From: Candidatus Margulisiibacteriota bacterium
GTDB lineage: Bacteria > Margulisbacteria > WOR-1 > O2-12-FULL-45-9 > XYB2-FULL-48-7
Direction of reading: 5' to 3'
DNA: 64,000 nucleotides
Assembly (NCBI GenBank): GCA_041661965.1
Contig: JBAZTH010000002.1
Location: 1 to 64,000, forward strand
Positions 11,072-19,729 of this stretch are shown piece by piece (within the stretch, counting starts at the first letter, position 1; each line of letters begins with the position of its first letter). Both the position numbers and the translations under genes were made by a program. The notes under the pieces were generated by a model. It was not told where the DNA came from. It ran no database searches and worked only from the letters and a program-made list of their open reading frames with translations.

Positions 11072-12171
11072 CAAAGAAAAAAATATTGTTAGTTGAGCCA
11101 AATTTCCCAATACCCGCCAAGAGTAAAAATCATAGGGACTTTTTACCAATCGGGCTACTTAAGCTCGCGAGCTATCATAGGGATAAGGGAGATGTCATTA
11201 AGTTAGTTAGGGGTAATCAATATTTTGATGATTTTTATCCGAATCAGATAAAAATTACATCTTTATTTACGTATTGGTCAAAATATGTATGGGAAAGCGT
11301 CAAATATTATAAAGAGACCTATCCAAAGGCAAAAGTTATTGTTGGCGGCATCTATGCGTCCTTAATGCCGGAACACTGCAAGCAATCGGGATGCGATGAA
11401 GTATTTATTGGGGTAAATGAAAAGGTTGAGAAATTTCGCCCAGCTTATGAACTAGTTAACGTCGATTATCAAATTATTCATACTTCACGGGGCTGTCTGA
11501 GACGATGTGCGTTTTGTGGAACTTGGAGGATAGAGCCCCGCTTCACTCATAAAAAGAGTATTAAAGACGAGATATGTAGTAATCGAATTATATTCTATGA
11601 TAACAATTTATTGGGAAACCCCTTTATTAAAGATATTTTAAAAGAACTAATGAATGCGAAGCATAATGGAAGAGTGGTGTATTCTGAGAGCCAGTGCGGA
11701 ATTGATGGGAGATTGCTTACCCCAGAAATAGCAAAGATGCTTAAACAGGCCAGGTTTATTAACCCTAGAATTGCATGGGACCATGGTTATAATCAATGGA
11801 AGCTAATTAAGAAGCAGATCAAAATGCTTGTTGCTGCTGGATATCCGGCAAAAGATATCTATGTGTTTATGCTTTACAATCACGAGCATGATTATCGTGA
11901 GATGCTAACAAAGATAAGACGATGTAAGAGTTGGGGAGTGCAAATATCTGATTGTAGATATCGCCCATTAGACCAAATCTCTGAAAGTTATTACCCCCGG
12001 AGGGAACAGACCAGCGAAGAATATTATATACATCCTAAATGGACAGACAAACAAATAAAAATGTTTCGAAGAAGCGTTAGAAGGCAGAATATTGAAGTAC
12101 GACATGGTTTCTCCCATTACAGCGAAGAACTTGAACGCTTGGGAAAGAATAGTTCAAAAATCACAGCTTAA
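11068..12171 (+). CDS. Radical SAM enzyme with an N-terminal B12-binding-like domain
   Basis: CLRRCAFCG gives the Cx3Cx2C radical-SAM cluster motif. The N-terminal ~130 aa (LLVEPNFPIPAK...LPIGLLKLASY...VIVGG) resemble a cobalamin-binding Rossmann domain. Start overlaps the parB2 stop (ATGA). Confidence 0.75.
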   Translation: MTKKKILLVEPNFPIPAKSKNHRDFLPIGLLKLASYHRDKGDVIKLVRGNQYFDDFYPNQIKITSLFTYWSKYVWESVKYYKETYPKAKVIVGGIYASLMPEHCKQSGCDEVFIGVNEKVEKFRPAYELVNVDYQIIHTSRGCLRRCAFCGTWRIEPRFTHKKSIKDEICSNRIIFYDNNLLGNPFIKDILKELMNAKHNGRVVYSESQCGIDGRLLTPEIAKMLKQARFINPRIAWDHGYNQWKLIKKQIKMLVAAGYPAKDIYVFMLYNHEHDYREMLTKIRRCKSWGVQISDCRYRPLDQISESYYPRREQTSEEYYIHPKWTDKQIKMFRRSVRRQNIEVRHGFSHYSEELERLGKNSSKITA

Positions 12172-12199
12172 AAGCGCCCCTTGTATGGGCATATATCAA

Positions 12200-12460
12200 G
12201 AAGCGGTTTTTTCGACGTATGGGGGAGAAAAAACCGCTTCTTTGACAAGCTCACATCCTGTGTAGGTCTTTTTTCTTGCATCCATGAATGGTGTTGGGTA
12301 TAATCAGAGTGATTGCCCGGCACTGAATGGTTTGAGAGCCAGAGGGTCGAGGCAATTCTCTCTCTTCTATTGCCGATGGCCTTTAGCCTTCGCCCCACCC
12401 CTCTCCCTCCCCAGCGGGCACGAACATTCAAGCCCCATTCAGATAGATGCGCGCCCGCTG
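12200..12460 (+). promoter_or_regulatory. Cassette copy B: hairpin (12200-12240), TTGACA (12242-12247), near-consensus sigma70 promoter (TTGCAT 12276-12281, 17 bp, TATAAT 12299-12304), ~50-nt leader ending GGGTCGAGGCA (12354), hairpin 12412-12460
   Basis: All elements read directly. Homologous to copies A and C. Sits ~115 bp upstream of the 1233-aa helicase gene. Confidence 0.6.
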
Positions 12461-12573
12461 CTCATAAACACAATTATTTTGCCCTCAATTAAAGAAAAAC
12501 GCCAAATATTTAAGGCAAATATCTTACTTATTCCCAAAAATGGCGTATAATTAAATAGCTGACATAAATTATT

Positions 12574-15500
12574 ATGACAATCTCTAATCTACAATTTCAT
12601 AGTAAGACATTGAGACACTCCTCTAACCCCAACGATTACGCCCTATACCGAGCAGCACTTGAATGGGACTTAATGGAGCCCATTGTAATCGAAAATCGTG
12701 AAGATATAAGGTCAGAAACTAAATGGCATGACCGGCTCGAACCCTATCACCATCAAGTCACCAATTTAATGACATTTTGTCGCCGACTCCCAGTAACATT
12801 GCTTGCTGACGATGTTGGGTTAGGAAAAACCATAAGTGCCGGCCTGGTAATGAGCGAATTAATATCTCGCGGGAGAATATCTAAAATACTAATCGTTTGC
12901 CCAAAGCTACTAATGCCTCAATGGCGAGAAGAACTCGACCTAAAATTCGGAATCCCTTCAATTGAAGCTGTCGGAAGCAAACTTGTTAAAGCTAAACCCC
13001 CAGACGACGCTGGGGCAGTTATAACAACTTACCATTCAGCGCGTTTACATTTTGACGCACTTGCCAAAGTTGGATATGAAATGCTTATCCTTGATGAAGC
13101 ACATAAACTTCGTAATCTATATGGAGTAGATCCTACTCCTCAAGTCGCGTTGCGTTTTCGAAAAGCATTAGCAGATAGACTGTTTAAATATGTTCTTATG
13201 CTTACTGCCACCCCTATTCACAATAGGCTTTGGGACCTTTATTCATTAATTGATTTATTAACCGTCGCTCGTGGGCACGAGAATCCGTTTGGAAGCGAAG
13301 GCATTTTTGCCAGGAAATATATTGCTGATGGTCGCACTCAAGCAAGACAGTTAAAGGTTGAAAGGAAAGACGAATTCCGCTCTATTGTTTATAGTTACAT
13401 GTCTAGAGTAAGGCGCGCAGATGCAAAGCTATATTTTCCGGAAAGGGTCGTTGAGCTTCATAAAGTTGATCCGACCAAAGAAGAACTTGAATTAATAGAT
13501 ATTATTGCTAAACCAATACAAAAGCTTAACCGACTTGCTCAAATCTCTATTCTTCAGGCATTAATAAGCAGTCCCCATGCTTTAGCGGCCCAATTAAATA
13601 CAATGGCTCGTAAGGGGACAGTATCAGAGTTACTAGCCAAAGCCGTACAAGCAGTTGTTGATCGGATGCCGATAACTGCTAAATTAAACGGCCTAAATGT
13701 CTTAGTTGAAAAACTTAGAAAAGAACAGCCCGAGCATTGGCGAATGATTGTATTTACTTGTCGCAGAGAGACACAAATAACAATCCAAGATTTCCTTGAA
13801 TCTCGGGGAATATCATGCGGTCTAATAAACGGGGAATCAGGCCCACGAAATCAAACTACCATTGCTAAATTAAAAACGATTCCTCCAGAAATACATGTAA
13901 TTATTTCCACCGAAGCCGGCTCTGAAGGCGTTAATTTACAAGCAGCTAATGTGTTAATCAATTATGATTTACCCTGGAATCCGATGATCGTTGAGCAACG
14001 AATAGGACGAATTCAGAGGCTAGCCTCGAAGCATGCAAGCGTATGCATTTTTAATATTATATTACAAGGCACTTTTGAGGAATATATTGTTGGAAGACTC
14101 ATGGAAAAGCTGCAGCTGGCCGCACATGCCATTGGAGATGTAGAAGCCTTATTAGAAGCCTCCAATTTAGATGATAATGAAGAGGATGTCTCTACCAGTT
14201 TTGAGGAAAAAATCCGGCGCCTTGTTATAGCCTCTTTGGCCGGAAAAGACGTTGAGCTTGAAGCACGTTCAGCTGCTAATAGTATTGCTGAAGCGAAAAA
14301 AGAATTAGAGCGAGAAGAAAACAATATAAATTCATTGTTAGGCGGAATGGACGACGAATTTTCTGGGCCTAGATGCCCGAGGTTGCCTCGTCAAACGCAA
14401 TCAATGGATGCCCGCAATTTTGTATTGTCCGCCTTGGCTTCTCAAGGGATGCGATTGTCTCCTATTTCAAATGGATTATATTCGGCCGAATCTGGGAGAG
14501 AAAAAGAAGTAATTCGTTTTGATCACAACGAAGTAATAGGAGTAAGAAGTACTTTATATGCGCCGGGATCATCCTCCTTTGAACGTTTAGTAAGCGGAAT
14601 CACGTATGATGGGTGGCATCGAGTCGAAGATATTGACACTAATCCGTTGAAAATAGCGGAAGAACTATGCGTTAACTGGGCGAATAGTTTTGGTAGCACA
14701 TATAAAACAGTAACTACCAAGGAAATAGTTCGTTGTTTTAACGGCACCGCACTAATGAGGGTTAGGGCAACTGTGGCTCATGATGGATATGAACGGCTCG
14801 TTGAAGTTGATTGTACCCCAAGTGAGCATTTTAGTGGCGCGTCTAAAAAATGGCTAGACCCAATAAATGAGATAATTGAAAATCCTACTTCTGTTGGTTT
14901 AATTACGGACAAATTAAATGAAAAGGCGATCTCTGATCCTAGCATCTCGGAATTTTGCCGATTCTACACCGAAAGAAGGACACAAGAAATGAATGCGGCA
15001 GGAGATGATGCTCGCAAAAGGAAGAAACTTGAGGATGATTTTACACCAAGACTGGAGTTATCGTTGGTGGGGCTTAATGGAAAGATGCATCGTAGATTAG
15101 TAATAGATGTGACTTATCAATTAGACCCGGGATTTGAGTATACAAGCATGCTGGCACTAACTCCGTCAACAGCCGAGATTAATAAGGGCCCCGATATGGA
15201 CAAGTGTATGAAGACGGGCCGAGTTGTCCCCCGCGACTGCCTGGACAAGTGCGTTATTAGCAATACTCGGGTGATGAAACACTTACTTACTCCATCAGAA
15301 CTGAGTGGCAGATTGGCCCTTCCTGAACATATTGTTATTTGTTCTTTAAGTAATAAACGAGTCTTAATCGATGAAGTTGAGAAATCAGCAATCACCGATC
15401 AATATGTTACTAAATCCTTGCTTAAAACGTCATCCATGAGCGGCAAAAGAGCGGAACCACAATTCTTCTCTAGATGTGAGTTTAGCAACTCTGAAGTTCT

Positions 15501-16275
15501 TGAGAATGAGATAGCAATTAGCCAAATATCTGGCAAACGCTATCGCATTGATGAGCAATTACACTCCGCAGTCTCAGGCAAAACCGGACATCGCGAAGAA
15601 TTCATTTATTGTTCGGAAACGGGTAAGCCCCTATTATCAGATGAAGCGGAAAGATGTGAAGTGACAGGAAAGACCGTTATGCCTGGGTTGCTTGAGAGAT
15701 GCGAAATAACAGGGAAGAAAGTATTAGCTTCGGAACTTGATAAAAGTGCAGTTACGGGCAAAAAGGCGCTAAAAAAATACTTTGTTCTAAGTAGCCTATC
15801 AGAAGCACATCTTCTTGAACAGGAAGCTATAAAATCTGTTGCGGGCAAATTTTGCTCCCCGTTAGAAGCTAAATCATGCTTCTGGAGTGGCCGTCAATGT
15901 CACCCCGATGATTTGCGTGTGTGTGAATTAACTGGCATACCAATATATTTTGAATTTGCATCAAATGGGGGGGCTGTTCAGCTCGAACCCTTAGTGAATC
16001 TTCTCAATGGGGTTAATAAAAAGGCAGATAAAGCTGATCTCTGGCAAACTATTGCAATAGAAGCCTCTAAGTTAGTTGGCGGGGGAAACTGTAAGGTCGA
16101 GGCGGCAGAGTTATCCCCAGATAAGCATTGTTTAGCCATTTCATTAGAAATCCGGACATGGCTAGGTTTTAAATTGAGACAAGCAGGATTATTATATTCT
16201 CTGGCAGACAACTCTGTGTCAGGCCGAGTAGTAATTGGCAAACGTGATAATAAAGGCTGGAGGTTTATAAGTTAA
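12574..16275 (+). CDS. Large SNF2-family helicase (1233 aa) with a ~650-aa C-terminal extension containing degenerate (S/T)GK repeats
   Basis: GLGKT (motif I), LILDEAHKLRN (II), LTATPIHNRLWDLYSLIDLL (III), QRIGRIQRLAS (VI). C-terminal repeats of ~15-17 aa (VSGKTGH, ETGKPLL, VTGKTVM, ITGKKVL, VTGKKAL, VAGKFCS). Confidence 0.85.
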   Translation: MTISNLQFHSKTLRHSSNPNDYALYRAALEWDLMEPIVIENREDIRSETKWHDRLEPYHHQVTNLMTFCRRLPVTLLADDVGLGKTISAGLVMSELISRGRISKILIVCPKLLMPQWREELDLKFGIPSIEAVGSKLVKAKPPDDAGAVITTYHSARLHFDALAKVGYEMLILDEAHKLRNLYGVDPTPQVALRFRKALADRLFKYVLMLTATPIHNRLWDLYSLIDLLTVARGHENPFGSEGIFARKYIADGRTQARQLKVERKDEFRSIVYSYMSRVRRADAKLYFPERVVELHKVDPTKEELELIDIIAKPIQKLNRLAQISILQALISSPHALAAQLNTMARKGTVSELLAKAVQAVVDRMPITAKLNGLNVLVEKLRKEQPEHWRMIVFTCRRETQITIQDFLESRGISCGLINGESGPRNQTTIAKLKTIPPEIHVIISTEAGSEGVNLQAANVLINYDLPWNPMIVEQRIGRIQRLASKHASVCIFNIILQGTFEEYIVGRLMEKLQLAAHAIGDVEALLEASNLDDNEEDVSTSFEEKIRRLVIASLAGKDVELEARSAANSIAEAKKELEREENNINSLLGGMDDEFSGPRCPRLPRQTQSMDARNFVLSALASQGMRLSPISNGLYSAESGREKEVIRFDHNEVIGVRSTLYAPGSSSFERLVSGITYDGWHRVEDIDTNPLKIAEELCVNWANSFGSTYKTVTTKEIVRCFNGTALMRVRATVAHDGYERLVEVDCTPSEHFSGASKKWLDPINEIIENPTSVGLITDKLNEKAISDPSISEFCRFYTERRTQEMNAAGDDARKRKKLEDDFTPRLELSLVGLNGKMHRRLVIDVTYQLDPGFEYTSMLALTPSTAEINKGPDMDKCMKTGRVVPRDCLDKCVISNTRVMKHLLTPSELSGRLALPEHIVICSLSNKRVLIDEVEKSAITDQYVTKSLLKTSSMSGKRAEPQFFSRCEFSNSEVLENEIAISQISGKRYRIDEQLHSAVSGKTGHREEFIYCSETGKPLLSDEAERCEVTGKTVMPGLLERCEITGKKVLASELDKSAVTGKKALKKYFVLSSLSEAHLLEQEAIKSVAGKFCSPLEAKSCFWSGRQCHPDDLRVCELTGIPIYFEFASNGGAVQLEPLVNLLNGVNKKADKADLWQTIAIEASKLVGGGNCKVEAAELSPDKHCLAISLEIRTWLGFKLRQAGLLYSLADNSVSGRVVIGKRDNKGWRFIS

Positions 16276-16277
16276 AC

Positions 16278-17825
16278 ATGAATGAGAATTATATTACGAA
16301 GACTAGATATCGAGAAGGGTTATTATGTCCAATATTACTGTGGCATAAGATTCACGAGCCAACAAAAGTTCCACAACCTGACCCTTTCGCAAGAATTAAA
16401 ATTGAAGGCGGGATTCAAGTCGGTATATTGGCAAGAAAATTATTTCCTGATGGCCTTCTTATCGAAAAAGAGACGTCGGCAATACTAACCCATGAAAAAT
16501 CGCTAAAAGCACTACAATTGCGAAAGCCATTATTTGAGGCAGGGTTTATCTATAATCATGCATATGCATTAGCAGACATATTAATCCCAGCAGAAGACAA
16601 CTCATGGGATTTACTCGAAGTAAAAGCAGAAAATTCGATTGATGAGAAAGATTATTGCTGTTTGAGTGAGAGCTTTAACCTTGATTGTGCTGACGTTGCA
16701 TTTCAGAAATATACATATACTAAAGCCGGCATAAATATTAGAAATTCTAATATCCTACATCTTAATAAGAAATACATTTATGATGGCAAAAAACTATTAT
16801 TAGAAAAGCTCTTTATTACCCCTGAAAAAGTGAATGACCCTAAAATCAAATTGATTGTACATGATGAGATTGATCGCCACCTCCCCCTTGTCGAAGCCAA
16901 TATAAATAAACTTGAGGAAATATTACAAAACAATGCTCGCCCTAAAACCATATTTAACAGAAATTGCAAGAAATGCGTATTGTACGACGAATGCTCCAAT
17001 ATCTTACCACCCGATCATGTTCTAATGCTAAGAAGGGATATGAAAGGCATTCGCTTCCAAATGCTGGAAAAGGGAATCACAAAATTATCAGACATCCCAA
17101 TAACTTCCGAGATAAAAGACCAAAAGATTGAACAAATTAATGCACATAAGACTGGAACAACATTAATTAAAACCAAGAATATTAGGGAATTTATAGACAA
17201 AATTGAATACCCCGCATATTTTCTAGATTTTGAAACAATTGACCCTGCCATCCCTATCTTTGAGAAAACACATTCATATCAAAAGATCCCATTCCAATAT
17301 TCATTGCATATAATAAAGAAGCACGGGGAAAAAGCAGAACATCATAGCTATTTAGCCAAAGGGGATGTTGATCCCAGGCCCGAATTATTGTCCCAGCTTA
17401 AAGCACTATTGGGCGATAGGGGCTCAATAATAACCTATAACGCTAAATTTGAAAGAGGTAGATTAAAAGAGGCGTCTGAAGACTTTCCAGAATATAGTGA
17501 TTGGTTTAATAATAATATTAATGGGCGCATAATTGATTTAGAAGAACCTTTCGATAAGTTCTTTTACTATGATCCCAAACAAAAAGGCAGTACATCTATT
17601 AAAGCTATTTTACCCGTATTAACTGATTGCAGCTATGAGGGGTTGGAAATATGCGAAGGGGGTACTGCCGCCGCTGAATATATTAGGGTTACTTTTAATA
17701 GTGTCGATGAAAAAGACAAAGAAAATGTTCGGAATCATCTGGAAATATATTGCAAGCAAGACACACAAGCTATGATAGATATACTGGAAAGATTAGAACA
17801 AATAGCCGCTGACAATACAAAATAA
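16278..17825 (+). CDS. DUF2779-like protein: Cas4/RecB-type PD-(D/E)xK nuclease region with Cys cluster plus C-terminal DnaQ-like exonuclease region
   Basis: CPILLWHK...CxxC cysteines and the YPAYFLDFETID motif (DEDD-like exonuclease) recalled from DUF2779 family members. 2 bp downstream of the helicase stop. Confidence 0.45.
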   Translation: MNENYITKTRYREGLLCPILLWHKIHEPTKVPQPDPFARIKIEGGIQVGILARKLFPDGLLIEKETSAILTHEKSLKALQLRKPLFEAGFIYNHAYALADILIPAEDNSWDLLEVKAENSIDEKDYCCLSESFNLDCADVAFQKYTYTKAGINIRNSNILHLNKKYIYDGKKLLLEKLFITPEKVNDPKIKLIVHDEIDRHLPLVEANINKLEEILQNNARPKTIFNRNCKKCVLYDECSNILPPDHVLMLRRDMKGIRFQMLEKGITKLSDIPITSEIKDQKIEQINAHKTGTTLIKTKNIREFIDKIEYPAYFLDFETIDPAIPIFEKTHSYQKIPFQYSLHIIKKHGEKAEHHSYLAKGDVDPRPELLSQLKALLGDRGSIITYNAKFERGRLKEASEDFPEYSDWFNNNINGRIIDLEEPFDKFFYYDPKQKGSTSIKAILPVLTDCSYEGLEICEGGTAAAEYIRVTFNSVDEKDKENVRNHLEIYCKQDTQAMIDILERLEQIAADNTK

Positions 17826-17905
17826 ACATCCAATATATAAGTAACTATATGCTGTCGTAATCTTTTCGGAGGAATTCAAATATAACATTAGTCGGCAAAT
17901 TAATA

Positions 17906-18090
17906 AGCAGTTTTTTCGACGCATGGGGGAGAAAAAAATGATTATTTGACAAATTATTGCCTATTCAGGTCTTTTTTTCATCCATGGTGTTGGGTATAAT
18001 CATTGAGATAGCCCCCGGCGCTGAATGGTCTGATGATCATCGGGTCGAGGCATTTTTCTCTTCTATCGCCTTCTGCCTTCGCCTTTAGCT
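17906..18090 (+). promoter_or_regulatory. Cassette copy C: degenerate version of B (TTGACA 17946-17951, TATAAT 17995-18000, weakened -35, leader to 18052), with no gene downstream
   Basis: Aligned by eye to copy B. Small deletions in the -35 region; the tail hairpin is absent. Confidence 0.5.
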
Positions 18091-18198
18091 TTTGGGAGTA
18101 GAAAAGGCTAAGACTTAGAGGCAAAAGGCTATCAGGCTTGAAGGCTTATTCCCCCCCTATCATCTCAGCAGCTTCAGATATTCAGCAGCGGCAGTATT

Positions 18199-18600
18199 TT
18201 ATTGAGTACTCACAAGATACAAAGAGATCAAAAAACTTAGGGTCGTTAGAATAAATAAAGCCAGCATTCCATATTGAATTAACGGATTTAGCGAGCCCTG
18301 CGGATATATTATTTGAAATATGCAGCGAGTCAGCCATAAGATGCTGGTGGCGGAAAGCATAACAATTATTGAGAAACGATTGGCCTGATTGCCATTGATA
18401 AAGATTATATTTACGACGCCGAACAAGACTAAACATAAAGAAAAAAAGACATTTATCGCCCGAACGGCGACAATTAGTTCGGTCGCGCGAGGATCAAAGT
18501 ATGAATACCAATTCCACAGCCTCGGCACAAAAAAATGCCACAGCCCTAAACAGATCGTTATAAGGCTGCCGGCTGTTGTTAAGATCCTACTAAGATACAT
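18199..18600 (-). CDS. Small polytopic membrane protein co-transcribed with the SPFH gene (possibly an NfeD/YbbJ-like partner)
   Basis: 133 aa, ~4 predicted TM helices, starts 1 bp after the SPFH stop. AT-rich. Confidence 0.4.
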   Translation of the reverse strand: MYLSRILTTAGSLITICLGLWHFFVPRLWNWYSYFDPRATELIVAVRAINVFFSLCLVLFGVVNIIFINGNQANRFSIIVMLSATSILWLTRCIFQIIYPQGSLNPLIQYGMLALFILTTLSFLISLYLVSTQ

Positions 18601-19461
18601 TTATTTCTTGAGCGGCACTATTCCGGCCAGTTCGCCGATAACATTGACCAACTCCCCATTTGCCGGGACGACAATCTTAGCGTTAGTCGCCAATGATTTT
18701 TCAACCGCTTCAAGCTTTCGTAAAACCTGGGCATTGCCAACAAAGTACTTGTTGGCCGCGTCGTTGACCAACTGGATCGCCTGCGCGTCCCCTTCGGCCT
18801 CTAAGATCTTCGCTTGACGCATCCCTTCAGCCTTTTTGATCTCCGCGCGGCGCTGGCCGTCAGCCATCGTCTCGGTCGCGGTCGCAAAATCGATCGCGGC
18901 AATTTTTTCGTTCTCCGCTTTAACAACTTTATTCATCGTCTCCTGAACATCTTTAGGCGGATCGATCTCTTTCAGCTCGGTCCTGACAATTTCCAGGCCC
19001 CACGTCTGGGTCTCTTTTTTTAAGGTCTTTTGCAATTCCTCATTGATCCGGCCGCGTTCACTGTTGGCGGCCTTCAAACTAAGGGTCCCGATTATATTAC
19101 GGAGCGTCGTTCGGGCCAAATTAACGATCTGGTAGCTATAATTATTGACGCTATATTGGGAGGACTTGACGCTGGCTTCATCTTCTTTTACTTTAAAATA
19201 AACCTGCGCGTCGACTCTGGCATTGAGGTTATCATTGGTAATTATTTCCTGGGGTTCGGCATTGATCATAACTTCGGTAATATTGATCTGATACATTTGG
19301 TCAATGACCGGAATAACCCAATGAAAACCGGGATTAGCAAATTTCCGATACTTGCCAAACCGCTCGATCAGCCCACGATGGGTTGGACGAACAATTTTAA
19401 CTCCGGAAAAAAACAACATTACCAGGAACAGACCAATCGACAAAACATATATTAATGACAT
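18601..19461 (-). CDS. SPFH/band-7 (stomatin/prohibitin/HflKC) domain protein
   Basis: N-terminal TM anchor, then an SPFH core (VKIVRPTHRGLIERFGKY...DNLNARVDAQVYFKV) and a coiled-coil tail. Confidence 0.8.
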   Translation of the reverse strand: MSLIYVLSIGLFLVMLFFSGVKIVRPTHRGLIERFGKYRKFANPGFHWVIPVIDQMYQINITEVMINAEPQEIITNDNLNARVDAQVYFKVKEDEASVKSSQYSVNNYSYQIVNLARTTLRNIIGTLSLKAANSERGRINEELQKTLKKETQTWGLEIVRTELKEIDPPKDVQETMNKVVKAENEKIAAIDFATATETMADGQRRAEIKKAEGMRQAKILEAEGDAQAIQLVNDAANKYFVGNAQVLRKLEAVEKSLATNAKIVVPANGELVNVIGELAGIVPLKK

Positions 19462-19621
19462 CTGGCTCCTCCATTAAGAAAGAATAGGCTTCTCTCTGAT
19501 AATAATGTATTTAAGAAAAACAAACAAGTTCTCCTGGTAACAATTCATGGCATTAAGCGGCTCTATATGATAATATTAAATTTGCTGATCGATGGTGGCG
19601 TGAATTTTAAGGAGATGCAAC

Positions 19622-19729
19622 AATGGCTAACAAAGAACAAGGCGGAAATAAGAACGTTAAGAAAGTCGCGAAGTTGTCCCTCAAAGAAAAACGGGCTTTA
19701 AAGAAAGAAAAGCGCGCCCTTAAGGGTTA
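19622..19729 (+). CDS. Putative small basic protein (35 aa, Lys-rich)
   Basis: RBS AGGAG 9 nt before ATG. Translates to MANKEQGGNKNVKKVAKLSLKEKRALKKEKRALKG. Below the ORF-track size cutoff; speculative. Confidence 0.25.

Noticed and set aside
7166-12171. Assignment of operon 1 to the Dpd (7-deazaguanine) or Dnd (phosphorothioate) systems
   Set aside because: ParB-like and SNF2 components are shared with those systems. However, no TGT-like DpdA, no QueC/D/E, and no DndA/C/D/E-like genes are present, and a B12-radical-SAM enzyme is not part of either system.
12168-12550. ORFs 12168-12431(-) and 12284-12550(+)
   Set aside because: They lie entirely within cassette copy B (hairpin, promoter, leader); this is a regulatory repeat, not coding.
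18389-18817. ORF 18389-18817(+)
   Set aside because: It is antisense to two adjacent, well-supported minus-strand genes (the membrane protein and SPFH).
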